Source of the DNA: Callorhinchus milii | Taxonomy: Eukaryota | NCBI RefSeq assembly: GCF_018977255.1 | Contig: NW_024704743.1 | Location: forward strand, 53,818,001-53,882,000 | Length of the DNA: 64,000 nucleotides | Reading direction: 5' to 3' | The notes under the pieces: generated by a model | Told to the model about the DNA's origin: nothing | Database searches by the model: none | Seen by the model: only the letters and a program-made list of their open reading frames with translations | Position numbers and translations under genes: made by a program | Shown here: piece by piece, positions 1 through 13,610 of the stretch | How positions within the stretch are numbered: position 1 is the first letter of the stretch | Layout: the number at the start of each line of letters is the position of its first letter

Positions 1-745
1 GTGTTCTGTTCGACCCTGAGCTGTCCTTTTTCCTTCATATCCGCGCCACAACTGGCACCGCCTTCCATCACCTCCGGAACATCGCCAGACTACGGCACTA
101 CCTCACCCCTCACGCTGCTGAAACTCTGGTCCACGCCTTTATCACCTCAAGGCTGGACTATGGGAACTCTCTCCTCGCCGGCCTTCCCGGCACCTCCCTC
201 CACAAGCTGCAGGTCATTCAGAACTCTGCAGCTCGTGTACTGTCCCGCACCAGGCTTCGCAACCACATCACTCCCACCCTCGCTCGCCTCCACTGGCTCC
301 CCATCCCCCAGAGGATCGATTTCAAGATCCTCATCCTCACCTACAAGGCCATTCACGGCCTTGCTCCCTCCTACCTCTCTGACCTACTATCCCCCTACCT
401 ACCTGCTCGTACCCTCCGTTCCTCTGGCTCCGGTCTGCTCCACATCCCCCGCCCCAACCGCCCTACCATCGGTGGCCGGGCCTTCAGCCTCTCAGCCCCG
501 AGGCTCTGGAACTCCATCCCCCAGTGCCTTCGCCGCCTCCTCCCTTTCCTCCTTCAAGGCCGGTCTCAAGACCTTTCTCTTTGACTGCCTTCAGCTCCCC
601 TCTCGACTCTCTAACCCCTCCTCGCTCCCTTCCCTCCCCCTGACCATTTCCCCCCTGCTCGGGTCCTGACCCAACTGTACAGCGCCTTGGGATGTCCTCC
701 CGACGTGAAAGGCGCTCTATAAATGGAGTCTTGTTGTTGTTGTTG
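1..745 (+). mobile_element. L2-clade LINE 3' fragment
   Basis: ORF2 C-terminal motifs (SRLDY, LHWLP, GGRAFS..APRLWN), 3' stem-loop, (TTG)n tail. Confidence 0.9.
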
Positions 746-1621
746 TACTCTGCTTCAGTTGGGTATTTCTCCATCTCCTATTGCCTCTGCCCCACATTTG
801 ATCCATTTTTCTGACACTTAAAAATATTACAAATTTTAGGTTACACAAGAATGCTAATTCAGATATATTTTGCTAATCATTAGATTCAATTCACTTTCAT
901 TTAGGTAAGCAGGAAGGCTGTCATGTTGTAATGCATTGCCTCCTGTTCATAGTGAAAATCTGAGCTAAAGTAGGATTTAATTGTTTAGCCTACAAAAAAC
1001 AAATGAGGTTAATTTGAGTCAATTTTTCTCACATCCCTGAGGTGTGCACACAGACTCAATTTATGATATTTCTTACCAATTTTGTAATAAGACTTAATAA
1101 GGAATCCGTTGAGTCAAACAATTGTCACTCCTTCTGGTATCCAGAAGTACATCATGGCACTCTGCACCAAAGTGGAGTTCCCATTGGTTCCTCAGGAATA
1201 AGCAACACTGTAAATTGAAACCTACCTTACCTGATCTTGTGCCCTGACTGAATCTTTGAAACATGCTGATTTTAGTCAATCTAAAAACATTCAGTCCCAG
1301 GTTTGGAATCTTTTTTNCTACACAAAATATTCAGTCTGTTTCAAGATTTCACAACCAGAACTTGACCTTGAAATTGACTGAAGAAGCAGAGATCTCATGT
1401 GCATGCTTGTTTTCATAGTGTAATGCACACAGGCAATGTGTAGTCAGTTCATCAACATGTAACTGGGTAATGCTCATTCAGTTGGAAATCGAATGTAATT
1501 CCTAACAGAAAACAGAGTTTAATTATTAAAGTGGTTCCATCGCATCATCCTCAGAACTGCAATGAAGCTTTGATTCTTGAATGCAGCTTTAATGCTGAAA
1601 GTTGAATTCAAAATGTATTGA

Positions 1622-2185
1622 CCTTTGGTCAGACTCCATCTGGAGTATTGCATTCAATTTTGGGCACTATACCTCAGGAAAGATATATTGGCGTTGGGGG
1701 TGGGGGTGCAGTGCAGGTTCGGGTTAAGTTTCGAGAGAAGGCTGCATAAACTTACATTGTATTCCCTTGAGTTTAGAAGGTTGAGGGGTGATTTGATTGA
1801 GGTGTTTAAGATGATAAAGGGATTCGATAGGGTAGATACATTGAAGCTATTTACTCTGGTGGGGAATCCAAAACAAAGGGGAATAATCTTAAAATTAGAA
1901 CCAGGCCATTTGAGAGTGAAATCAGAAGCATTTTTTTACTCAAAGGGTGGTAGAAATCTAGAATTCTCTCACCCAAAAGGCCGTGGATGCTGGATTCATC
2001 CGCACCTTCAAGAGTGAAGTTGATAGATTTTTGGTAGGTCAGGGTATCAGGGATTTGAGGAAAAAGTGGGAAATTTGAATTGACAGGATTAGTTGAGGTA
2101 CAGATCAGCCATGATCTAATTAAATGGCGGGACAGATTCGAAGGGCTGAATGGCCTCCTCCTGTTCACATGTTCCAATGTTCCTA
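1622..2185 (+). mobile_element. CR1 LINE 3' fragment
   Basis: LVRLHLEYCIQFW and RRLRGDLIEVFK motifs; gggctgaatggcctcctcctgtt tail. Confidence 0.88.
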
Positions 2186-3405
2186 TAATCTGCTCAGTTT
2201 CAATATATCTGCCCAACATGGATAGCTGCCTCTGCACTTTCCTCAGCCCGGACATTGCTTGCTCAGCCCTGTATACACATGCCTCAGGGTAGAAAGAGTC
2301 CAAACCCAGTTCTTCATATATATCTTATTATTGTTTGTCTTCCAAAGGAATACACTGAGCATACTGGGGTGAACCTTGTGACCTGTGATGTGTTAGTTGC
2401 AACACTCTTAATAAATATAGTCAATGAGGCCAGTCGCAAAATAAAGACCTTGATACCTAAAAACTGGTGAACACCCCCCCAACTCTGTCACTATGGATAG
2501 TCCCACAGCTAGCCTGTGCCATTCACTGGACCTCTGGCCTCGGGAGTGTGGCTTTGGAGTGCAAATTATCCAGATATTCGCTCAACATATAAAATCTGAG
2601 TTAAACCAAGCTCCCACTAACTGTATGTGAAATCTGCAATCTGGCTTCAGTCATTGTGATGGAATTGCATAGGTAGATGAACACCAAGCCCTTAGTTCTC
2701 AACTGTGCTCGTTGAGCACATTTATAAACAATGTGAAAATTCTCACCCATGGTAATTTACATAGAGTTACATACACTGTATACCACAGAAACTGGCTATT
2801 TGGCCCAACCAGTCTGTACTAGTGTTTATACTCCACATGAGTTTTGCTCTATTCCTTTCTCCCTCATGTTCCCCCTCAGTTAACTTAATTAGCACATCAC
2901 ACTTCACATTTTGATCCCATTGTTCTATTTTCTTGTGAATGAGCCCATAGAGATATTGACATTTGGTCATAATATTGATGAAGGCTATTTGTTGCTGTAT
3001 GTATTGAGGGATGGTGGGGTGGGGGGTGGGGGGGGGGGTGGATGGGGGCTAGTGAGCACATCTCTGCACCAAAGCATTGAGAGATGGGTTGCAAATTCTT
3101 ACCTAGTATTTCAGTGTATCAGTGTCTTGATTTAGGACTGTCTTGACATCAAACATTGGGTTTGCACAACACTTTGCACAATAAAAACAAAGCAATGACA
3201 ATGAGGGGAAGAGGAAAGCAGAAAAACATTGGTCATGGTCTTCCGCCTCTCAGCAGAGCAGCACCAACAGACTGAGGGACTGGGTAACATATCTTCCCTC
3301 TTGGTATAATAACTAAACAAACAACTAAAGAGATAGATGTGAATGAGAGTAAATGGGCATTTCATCTGAATTGCACACAGTCTGAAATGATTTCTTTTTT
3401 TTCAG

Positions 3406-3436
3406 TACCATTGATGAATATTCACCCCACAAAAAG
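3406..3436 (+). CDS. RAPGEF5: RAPGEF5-like coding exon (first seen in window; gene is 5'-partial)
   Basis: ttttttttcag|...aaaaag|gtaa; encodes TIDEYSPHKK, like RAPGEF5 TVDEYSPQKK; phase 2 to 0. Confidence 0.85.
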
Positions 3437-3482
3437 GTAACACTTCAATTTGCATTTCAATCAATTTCCTGTGAATAATATA

Positions 3483-3830
3483 TAATAATAATCCTTGCAT
3501 TTGATATAGCACCTTATCATGTCTTCAAGACATCTCAAAGCACTTCACAGAACATACTGTAAAGTGATTTAACGGTATATTTTGTGGGTGAAACGTGGTA
3601 GCAATTTCGCACAGCAGTGCCCCACAAACATTTATATTATGTATTTATTTTTTTGAAGGAATTATTACCCCCGGAAAACTGATCCACCAATCGACTAACA
3701 ACCGGGTTCCTACTTACAGCTAGGTAAACAGAGATGTGTGGAGTAAGGAAACTCGCCCAAAGTTAAGCCCTGTTGGGAATCAAACCCAGGTCTCTTGCTT
3801 GCGAAGCGAGTGCGCTAACCACTGAGCTAT
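3483..3830 (-). mobile_element. tRNA-derived Deu-domain-type SINE (long subtype)
   Basis: A/B boxes, tgtttgtggg..ctgctgtgc core, (ATT)n tail. Confidence 0.85.
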
Positions 3831-5003
3831 ATGACTGAATAGCAATGGAGATTGTAACTGTACATTTCTTTGATTCTATATTAATGGGAGGAAAGCTGTT
3901 TTGCTCCAATCAGTAGAGCAATAAGTTGTTTTTATACTTCCCACTTCTTTGAATCAGGTAAGAATCTGCATTGTAAACTGTGTAAGCTGTATGTAAAGTG
4001 ACTGTTTTTTCCCTGGCGCTGAATATCCCAGAATTCCACTCTGAGTCAGAGCTTCCATTGTCCACATACAGGAGAGCTGACTCGACGGTGAAATGTTACT
4101 AAATCTAAAGTGAAATGGACAAATCTAAAGCAAATGTTGGCTTTTTCTCGTAATTTCGCTCCCGGGAGTGAATGTCTGTTCACATTTAGGTGTAAAGTGG
4201 TGGCCAGGACACTGGGAGAAACTCCCTTCTCTGAAAATCTCCAGAGATGCAATGTAAACTGGTGTAAGTTTAGCAAAACTGATGCCCAGGTATATTTAGC
4301 CAGTAGTAGTGCACATCATCAAAGTTACTACAGTTAGTGCGAGAATGTCTTCTAGAAGCACAAAGAGATAGCCCTGTGCAGAACTGTTACTTGCATTCGA
4401 ATTCAGAAAACCCTATTCAATCATGTACTTGTTTGTGCTTTCAAGTTTCTCAAAAATCTATGTCTTCATAGATATCACTTAAGAAAGTCAAAAGCAGAGC
4501 TCAAATCGATGCAGAAATCGATATGAAATGACCCTTTTTTTCATTGAAATACTTTGACAACTTTCTGAGTTATGCAGGAAGTCTATGTGTGAAGTTCGTC
4601 TTACATAAGTGAATACCTCTGGAGCATTTAGAAACAGAGGCGCTTCTTGTTTGAATTTTTCTAATAAATAGTTAGAAAAAGAATCCAATTCAATTTTAAT
4701 GTTAATAAAATAAACTCTTAGGAAACAGGAAAACGGGAACAGGAGTGGGCCATTCAATCCATTGAGTCTGTTCCACCAGTTTTATATCTCGACAGATCTA
4801 GATGTGATGTAACCAATTTACAATATATTACAACACAATACAAAATTATATTTGTATAGCGTCTTGTTGGGAGGATGTCCCAAGCAAGCCCATGGTAGGA
4901 TCAAGACCGCACATGTTTTACAAGTTTGGAGCTGGACCGGAATGCCACTATGCTTGATGTACATCTTTTACTGCACTCTATACTTACTTATTTATTTTTA
5001 CAG

Positions 5004-5082
5004 AACGCAACAGTTTTTCACCAACTCAGCTGCAGAGAGAAATGGCTTCATCCAAAAGGCTGTCCAGGTGAATCTGACGAAG
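5004..5082 (+). CDS. RAPGEF5: RAPGEF5-like exon
   Basis: tttttacag|...gaag|gttagt; NATVFHQLSCREKWLHPKGCPGESDE aligns to NKALFHQFSLKENWLQHRG; phase 0 to 1. Confidence 0.85.
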
Positions 5083-5186
5083 GTTAGTTTTCAAAAAGAA
5101 ATGCTCTCAGCCTCCTTATTGGAGATCTATTGTAGTTTTATAACATATGCCAATTCTCAACAAGTTTAATTTTGAGTTCTAGATCT

Positions 5187-5570
5187 CAGCCTGGCTCAGT
5201 TGTTATCATTCTGGTCTCGGTGAGTCAGAAGATTGTGCGTTCAAGCCCCAAATTGGAATTTTAAAGTCATAGTCTAAGCTAACGTTCAAATAGTGTGCTT
5301 GAGGAGTGCTGCACTGTCAGAGGGATGTTAAAATTGTGTCCAATCTGCCTGTTCGAATGAATGTTAAAGATCCCATGACACAATTCAAAAAGAGTCCTGG
5401 CCAATAATCGCCACAAAAAGTTGTTCACATTTGCCTCTTCGTGAGACAACGCTGTGTGAAAATTGGCTGCCACCTTGAAAAGGTCCCTCCAGTTTACAGA
5501 AAACTCGGTGAAGCACTTTAAGATATTTCAACGTGATAAGATGCTGTATCAATTGTACGGATTATTACCT
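5187..5570 (+). mobile_element. Older DeuSINE family copy (others ~13668, 18390, 20513-20945, 30866, 44905, 49420, 51329, 54865, 61420)
   Basis: ctggctcagttg...gagtcagaag..gttcaagcccc head; gttaaagatcccatggcact body. Confidence 0.75.
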
Positions 5571-5871
5571 TCATTTGCGACTTCTCGTGGCCACTAGAAG
5601 CCTATATTCCCTGTCCCAGATCTAGACAACCTGCAGTAATGAAAATCATTCTCATTCCTTTTGTGTGTATTATTTTATAGATGGTAGATTTATTGTAAAA
5701 AAGCACACTTCATGGTGTTAATAGTCTGATGACATTTATTTACTTTTCATACATATACTTTCAGTGAATATTCTGGATAGTTTATTATTCCACTCTAGTT
5801 TTGCCTTTGTGTGCTCCAGAAATATTGTGAACTGAATGATTTTGAAATGTCAATCTTTATTTGCACTGCAG

Positions 5872-6020
5872 TTTTCTGCCGTGTTTACGTGGCAGATCAT
5901 TCCTATGTCAGCTTCTGGACTAAGGAGTCAACCTCAGCACAGGAGGTCCTTCACACTGTAGCTGAAAAGCTCCAGAAACCCGAGCAGGATTTGATACTGG
6001 TGGCTATCACGTCCTCGAGG
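5872..6020 (+). CDS. RAPGEF5: RAPGEF5-like exon (Ras-association-like region)
   Basis: ctgcag|...agg|gtgagt; FCRVYVADHSYVS...AQEVLHTVAEKLQ...LVAITSS; ends phase 0 although the next exon needs phase 1 (see findings). Confidence 0.9.
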
Positions 6021-6064
6021 GTGAGTGTTTTTTTCTATTCAGTCCGAATTTAACTGGTTGCTAA

Positions 6065-7315
6065 TACAACAACAACAACAACAAAACTACATTTGTAAAG
6101 CGCCTTTCACGTCGGGAGGATGTCCAAAGGTGCTGGACAAACAGAGTTTTGAACCTGAGCTGGGGGTTGGGATCGGGGAGGGTGGAGGGCAGGGGGGGGG
6201 AAGCAGGGAGATTGAAAGCACAGTCGAAGAGGAGGGTCTTGAGATTGGTCTTGAAGGTGGCAAGGGAGGGGGCAAGGCGGAGGCACTGCGGGATGGAGTT
6301 CCAGAGGGTGGGGGCAGAGTGGCAGAAGGCTCGCCCGCCAAAAGTGGGGTGGGTGAAGCACGGCACGCGAAGCAGGCTGGAGACTGCTGAGCGGAGGGAG
6401 TGGGCAGGATGGTAAGGGGTTAGGAGGTCTCAGTGGTAGGAGGAGAACAGTATTCTGGATGATCTGCAGCCTATGGAGGGAGGAGTTGGGGAGGCCGACA
6501 AGCAAGGAGTTTGCATAGTCAAGCCTCAGTGTAATGAGGGTTTCGGCAGCTTGCGGTGTGAAACAGTGGCGGAGCCGGACAATGTTTCGGAGGTGGGGGA
6601 AGGCAGAGCTGGTCATGGCACTGAAGTGGGGTAGAAAGGATAGTTGAGGGTCAAACAAGACCCCAAGGTTCCGGACCGGCTTAGTAAGGTGGGGTGTGTA
6701 ACCATGGATGGTGATGCTGTCAGAGCCTGAGGTGAGGAGGCGCTGACGGAAGCCAATCAGGAGAGCCTCAGTCTTGTTGATGTTCAACTGTAGAAATTTA
6801 GCTCTCATCCAGGACTTGATGTCTGACAGACATTCTGTCAGGACAGCAGTGGTCCTGGAGTCAAAAGTGGAGGCAGAGAGGGACAGTTGGGTGTCATCTG
6901 CACACATGTGGAAGTTGACCCCATGACTGCGTATGATGCCACCAAGAGGCAGCATGTAGATATTGAAGAGGAGGGGACCAAGGACAGAGCCTTGATGACC
7001 CCTGCACGAGATGGTCCAGGTGCTAGAGGAGAAACCATTTGTGGAGATGAAGTGGAGGCGGTGTGAGAGGTACAATCTGAACCAGTCAAGGACAGAGCCA
7101 TGAAGGTTGAGGTGAGAGGAGAGGCGGTGGATGAGGATAGAGTGGTCGACGGTGTTGAAGCCAGCAAAGAGATCAAGGAGGCAGAGGGAGCCCTGGTCAC
7201 AGATGGACAGAATGTCATTTGTCACTTTGACTAGGGCTGTTTCTGTGCTGTGGGTGGCACGGAAACCCGATTGGAGGGGTTCGTGAAGGGAGTGGCGGAA
7301 GAGGAAGGAGCTGGT
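6065..7315 (-). mobile_element. L2 LINE, 5'-truncated, RT region
   Basis: ORF 6107..7225 with QGSVLGPLLF, ADDTQL, VRNLGVLFD; (CAA)n end. Confidence 0.92.
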
Positions 7316-7929
7316 TACTAATTGTAGTAACCAGCATCCAACTGACTGCTCTGCTTCTGTATCTGATTGGTATCAGTACAGGACAATGGTGTGTCATCTG
7401 CACATGCAGCAATCTGTGTTTGCAGGCGAATGTGGCACCCATTTTACACACAGAAAGGACCCATGTACACAATGAGTAACATTTCCAGTGAGAATTATCC
7501 ATAGCCCCTTTGATTATAATAGAAAACCCCATTAGTGACTGGCATCGTCAAAGGCCATGTCAATATGAGCTCAAGTGTTGACATGGGACCTGAACCCATC
7601 TGACACAGTGGTGAAAGCCATCGTCAATGGGGTATATATTTAGGAAGGTCTTGAAGACCGACAGCAAAGTGGTTTTGAAAGAGTTTCACAGAATAGGGCT
7701 CAATTATAGCTGAAGGCTCAGTCATTGATAGAGGAACAACAGAAGTGGGGAGTGATGGAATAGAGTCAGGAGAGCAGAGGCTATTGTTATGCATACAGGG
7801 TTGGAGAAAATTAGACAGGTAGAATGGAGTGAGATCATTCTACGATTTAAACAAGTGGAGCTCAACAAGGATGGAGGTAATAGGCTTGTGGATCTTGTTC
7901 TACAGAGATCACTTACTGAGCCAAGCTCA

Positions 7930-8612
7930 CAACGACAACACATTACATTTGTATAGCGCCTTTCATGTTGGGTGGGCATCCCAAGGGGCTGGACAGTCAG
8001 GGATTTGCACGCATGTGGAGTTTGAGATCAGGAGAGGTGGAGGGCAGGGAGTGTAGGGGTGGGAGGGTTGCCAAAGGCATGATCGAAGAGCAGTGTTTTG
8101 AGACATGACTTCAAGGAGGCAAGGGAGGGAGCAAGGTGAAGGGAATGTGGGATGGAGTTCCATAAGGTGGGGGCAGAGAAGCTGAAGGCCAGACCGCTGA
8201 TGGTGGAGTGGGCAAGGGGGATGTGGAGTAGGCCTGCTGAACGGAGGAAGTGGACAGGTTGACATGGGTTAGCAGGTCATAGAGGGAGGAAGGGGCAAGA
8301 GGGCCTTGAAAGCGAGCACAAGGATTTTGAACTCTATCCTCTGGGGGATGGGGAGCCCGTGGAGTCAGTCGAGGCTGGGGAGATAAGGTCATGGAGCCTG
8401 GTGCAGGAGAGGACACGAGCTGCAGAGTTCTGAAAGATCTATAGCTTGTGGGGGGAAGAGTTGGGAAGGCCGACAAGCAGGAAGCAGGATGACGGTTTAG
8501 ATGGCCTGAGGGGTGAGACAGTGGTGGAGCTGGGTGATGTTGTGGAGGTGGGGAAGACGGAATGGATCATGGCATGGATGTGGGATAGGAAAGTCAATTG
8601 AGGGTCAAACAA
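7930..8612 (-). mobile_element. L2 LINE 3' fragment
   Basis: Antisense L2 ORF2 C-terminus and tail. Confidence 0.85.
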
Positions 8613-8697
8613 GAATATATGCTGTAGCCGGACAATTAAGTCTTTGCTTGAGAAAGTAAAGCAGTTTAATTTAAGGCTTTTCCTGTGTTTTTTTCAG

Positions 8698-8795
8698 AAA
8701 GACAAATCCTTCAGCCCGATGATGTCTCCATTTTCAAATCTCTTGATGCCACTACTCGTATATTTGTTTGCAGAAAAGATCCCAGCGATTTCCTG
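8698..8795 (+). CDS. RAPGEF5: RAPGEF5-like exon
   Basis: ttttcag|...ctg|gtaag; RQILQPDDVSIFKSLDATTRIFVCRKD. Confidence 0.9.
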
Positions 8796-10686
8796 GTAAG
8801 AAAGCACTCGATTCTCACTGTGCACCAACCTTCCACGTGCCTCAAATACCTCACTGTCTCTGTCAAATGTTCATCGCCTTAACATTTGAGATTGTTCAAT
8901 ATTTTGGAAAACTAAAATTGGGTCATCTTTTGGAAGCTGATTCTTTTTTAACAACTGTATCAAACTGTCTTCCAAATTAAGACTGAGAGTTAGATATCAG
9001 AATATTCAACATTCTGCACAATCGTAAGGCTAAGACGATGCAACATTTCTGGCTCTGATTTCCCCTGCCTGGTCAGTATTATTGACTTACTGTATATAAT
9101 AGCAGATGTGAATGAGACTGCTCTGCTGACTCAGGCTAGTGAGAATAATGAGCTGTCTTACAAACTGAGGATAAGCAAGAAGAATGTCAGCTCCCAGCTG
9201 GCCCTCGATTTTGCAAGATGTTCGGTATAATCATATGTTTAAGAGTTTCATTTCCATCTTAATATCCCTATGACTCTTAGCAAGCGCTGGGTCTGTTTAG
9301 ACATTGTCTTCTCCTGCTGCCTGGAGCTGAAACCAGTTTGACGTCACGTCACCTTTTGAACATCACCAAGATTGTCTTGTTCAGCTTCCAGTGTCTGACC
9401 ATATGTAGCAATTTCATGAATATTTTAGAGCTTCATAATGTTAGATCACAGTATAAGCTTTACCCTCTGGTTTCATTCCACTTACTAAAATTAACACATA
9501 TTATCAGAATGATACAAAGTCACTCCTGGAGTTAGCAACCAGTAGATTAAAGTGCTTGATATCAATGTATCTGTTTATGTGGGGCAGAATGTTAGAAGTA
9601 TCTTTCAGTCACTTCTACACTTTTTCTAAAGGCACTGATGCCTGACCAAGCTGTACGGTCTCCGAAGACTTCTTTCATGTCCTTTTTGCTTGTTTTTTTT
9701 TCTTTAATTGAGCCATTTCTGTTCACTGGCATACTATGTTGCCTGTGAAACATATAAGTTTCACCCACAACAGAAGGAAGCTATCTACTCTATATCCATT
9801 CACCTTTGTGGTGAGGTATTCCACCTGCTAACAACCTTCTGTGAAATATAACAATTCTAATATTCTTCTCTTTCTGAGGATGATAATCCTCAGTGTATGC
9901 CATCTAGTTTCTAAATCATCTATCAGCGTACATATTGTCTTCCAGCTTATCTTAATACACTTTTCATAATTTTGAAACACTTAATATCTGCACTGACAGT
10001 TTTTAATACAATATTCACTTTCTTCCAGGGGGGAGGGGTGGTGGGAGTGGGGGAAGATAAGCGGGGTCTCATTGGAATTGAGCTAACTCCAAGATAACAT
10101 GTTTGGCAATGGAATATCAGAACGGAGCCAGCCTGCTATTTTGGTCTTGGTCTTGGTAGTTCAGTTCCCGAGCCACGCGGGTGCACAGTATTCCAGGGCA
10201 CTGCTGATGACAGCACAGCCAGCCTTGATCATAGAACCTGGAAGGGCAGAGCAGTCACTGGGGCCTGAGACTCTTGTCACTCAGCTCCCATTAACTCTCA
10301 AGCCAAACCGCTAACAGGTAGGATGGTCCTAACTTGACAAGCAGCAGGAAAGCTTGCCAGACGGTGCTTTCAATGGCAAGCTATGTAGTTTTAGCTGGTT
10401 AGACTCCAGCAGTACCCCCAATGGACACTCTGGGCTATTGCCATCCAGTACCAAATACTCTCTGGAATTAGGTAAGCAGAATGCATCCTTCCAGGTAGAG
10501 AGTGCACATTCCATTCCTATAAATATCTCAGGAATTTCCATGTGTAGTTGAGATGCATGAAACTCTCAATTTGGATACTCTTAAATGTGGTGATTGGTTT
10601 CTGTATGTGTCAGTCACCCGGCTGACCAAAATAATTCCCTTGCCTGTACGGACGCTAATTAATACAATATTCACTTTCCTGTACAG

Positions 10687-10809
10687 ACTTTTATAGCAGA
10701 AGATGATGAAGCACCACACAGGAGCATCCGAATGCTTGGAATGAACACGTGGCACATGGCCAATGAACTCACCAGCTTTGATTGGGACTTGTTTAACTGT
10801 ATCTGTGAG
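10687..10809 (+). CDS. RAPGEF5: RAPGEF5-like exon (start of CDC25/RasGEF domain)
   Basis: cctgtacag|...gag|gtgagt; RSIRMLGMNTWHMANELTSFDWDLFNCICE; 41 codons. Confidence 0.92.
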
Positions 10810-12791
10810 GTGAGTGTTTTGGGCTAATCCTCCTATGGGTGAAAATTGCCGCATTTATTAATATCACGAATAGTATCAAACACTGCAATCTTCTCCCTCC
10901 CCCAGACTAAAGCAGCTCATACACTTTACACATTGGTTTACTACTGCTCAGGTTCTTCATCTACTGGCCCCTCACCTCAGGACAAAGACTGAAGGGAATC
11001 CAGTGTGTTACACTGTATATTAGCTGCAAGTGGCTGCTGAGACTGGATGATTGGAATCATTAAAAAGCCAATTGGATAAACATTTGAGCAATAAAACGTT
11101 AGGTGGTATCAGGATATAAGACAAGAGGCTTATTAATACAGGCAGCAGTGCCACAGACTCAAAGAAAATTAGCAACAGAAATGTTCAGCACATGGTTCCT
11201 CCTGTGCTGAACATTTCTGTTGCTAATTTTCCTTCAAGCTGAGCGTGTCCTGTATTTTGGACTCAGCACTTGTTTCTCAGCATTATAAAAACAGAGTGCC
11301 TGAGATTGAAGGTGTTGGATTGAAGCTGAACTGAAGTAAATTGTGAACAATTAGCACTAAGATGAACTTTACCCAGAGTAAAGACATGAATCATTGTTAT
11401 TTTTGTTTTGGTGTTTTCCCACAAATGTATTGCAATGTTATTAAATAACGAATGCAAACACCGAGCTAGTGAAAATGCTGCTCTACAGAGGTCCAAGGCA
11501 GTCTCACATTGTATAGCCACAGTGTCACGCTGCCCTGTGCAAACTTTCAGAAGCAATAAATGAGACGAGTTTGTTTAGTGAATAAACACTGCTGCACCAC
11601 ACTGGATCCCTCAGGAAGTGGATTTGGGAGTGTCCTAACCAAACCCCATGTGTGAAACAAGGTCTTAAATGAAATGTTGCTGTTACATAAACAGCCAATG
11701 TTTTTGTTATTCTTGAAGGCGCATTATGGGAAAGGTTTGTGTCTGTGAGAACAGAATCTCTGGCTACAGACACAGTTAATGAATTTGTGTGCAGTGGGAT
11801 GGATAACTGTGGAATTTTCAGTCCTCTGTGATTTTCAAAGAGCTGGATTCAAAGAGCTTTAAAACATGGGATCTTCAATTTTATGACCTCTGCACAAAGC
11901 TTGGTTATTCTGCAGCCTGGATTGATTATGCCGCAAACTCCGTCTTTCTTTATTAGGACATGTGGTAATGACATCTCTCTAGACGTCACGCGGAACACTT
12001 CACTTACATATTTTGGGTACATTTTGTACAAATTGAAATGGAGGACATCAGAGCCAGGAATAGAACACAAGTTTTTTGTTTTGTCACCCAGTGTCCATCT
12101 CAAACGTTAAGAGTAAAGCTTCCTCTGCTTCTCTGCTCCAGGGCTGGCTGTAAGCACAACCTCACAAAAGCATTTCTCACCAGAGAAGGGCGTTTCCTGA
12201 CCAACAACTCTCTGATTAATTGCCCATTCGCCTTGTGGCTGTCTGTGGGAATTTACTGGGCGCAAAATCTAGAAAATAATCATTACATTTGACAGTAATT
12301 AATAACATCTCACATGCACTGGTTAAGAATGACAGTCAATGGCATTGAGAAATTAACAGTGGGATGGCAGGTCAGGCTTTCCTGACACGGCCTCAGGTCC
12401 TGTCTCACAAAAGCCACTGGGGGAGGGAATGATCAGGGAGGGGGTGTTGGTGAGGCGGTTTGGCAGAGGGGGTGATGGGGGACTGGGTGATGGTGAGGGG
12501 GTTGTTGGGGAGGGGGGTTATGGGGTGGGGTGATGGGGGAGGGGGTGATGGGAGAGGAGGCTGTGGTAATGGGGGAAGACGAAGGCTGTCCCCCCAGGAA
12601 AAATGGAAAACTAGGCTCTCATGTAACTTCTCTGAGTGGGGTTAGCACAGGCTGGTTCAGACATTAAAAATTCTCACACCTAAGTAAGGAGGAGCAGTGA
12701 GGTGTAACATTTTTGTGGTTTATCCTGATTATTATTGCACAAACATCCTGGAGTTTGCAGTTAACAGGATGTTTGTGCAAGAATAACATAT

Positions 12792-13152
12792 CTGTAGCTT
12801 AGTGGTTAGAGCACTCGCCTTGTAAGCGAGAGACCTGGGTTCGATTCTCGGGCAAGATGAAATGTTGGGCAAGTTTCCTTGCTCTACGCTGCTCTATTTA
12901 CCTAGCAGTAAGAAGGAACCTGGTTGTTAGTTGATTGGTGGATCGCTTTTCCGGGGGTAATGATCCCTCAAAAAAAACTAATAATTTGGTCACTCAATCC
13001 ACGACTGTTTGTGAGACACTGCTGTGCACAATTGGATGCTGCATTTTGCCCTCAAAATATAGTCAATTCACTTTACAGTATATTCTAAGAAATGCTTTGA
13101 GGCATCTCAAAGACATGATAAGGGGTGATATCAAATGCAAGGATTATTATAT
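12792..13152 (+). mobile_element. tRNA-derived SINE (long subtype)
   Basis: tagcttagtggttagagcactcgcc, gttcgattc; Deu-like core; ATT tail. Confidence 0.88.
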
Positions 13153-13431
13153 TACAAGATGAATTAGCACAAACAATTTTCTACAGGTGATGGAGAACTT
13201 GTGGAGTATAAACACTGGTACACACTAGTTGGGCCAAATAATCAGTTTCCATGCTGTAGAGTTCTATGTAAGTGCGGTTTGTATGAGAACAGGAAAACCT
13301 GGACTTTTCTCATTCGTGTTTGGGGCAGGTTTTGCTAACTTATAGGCTTTGCTTAAAGTAAGGGGGATTTGTGTTTCAGAGACAAGCCTAGGTGTGTGCT
13401 GACTTCCATTGTTTTCTGTCTCCATTTGCAG

Positions 13432-13610
13432 CAGGAGCTGATTTGCTACATTTTCCGCAGACAGGACAGTGGGAGGAGTACAGTCAATCTGAACCTGCTG
13501 CTGCAGCGATGTAATGAAGTCCAGTTCTGGGTCGCAACTGAAATCCTCCTGTGCAGCCAGCTGTCCAAAAGAGTTCAGCTGGTCAAAAAGTTCATAAAGA
13601 TCGCTGCACA
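13432..13610 (+). CDS. RAPGEF5: RAPGEF5-like exon (RasGEF domain)
   Basis: ttgcag|...ca|gtaagt; QELICYIF...[38 protein letters not shown]. Confidence 0.95.

Noticed and set aside
6107..7225. 372-aa ORF and other long ORFs (22044, 22729, 30943) as host genes
   Set aside because: Truncated, frameshifted L2 ORF2 fragments; overlapping Pro/Ser- or Gly/Glu-rich ORFs are alternate-frame shadows
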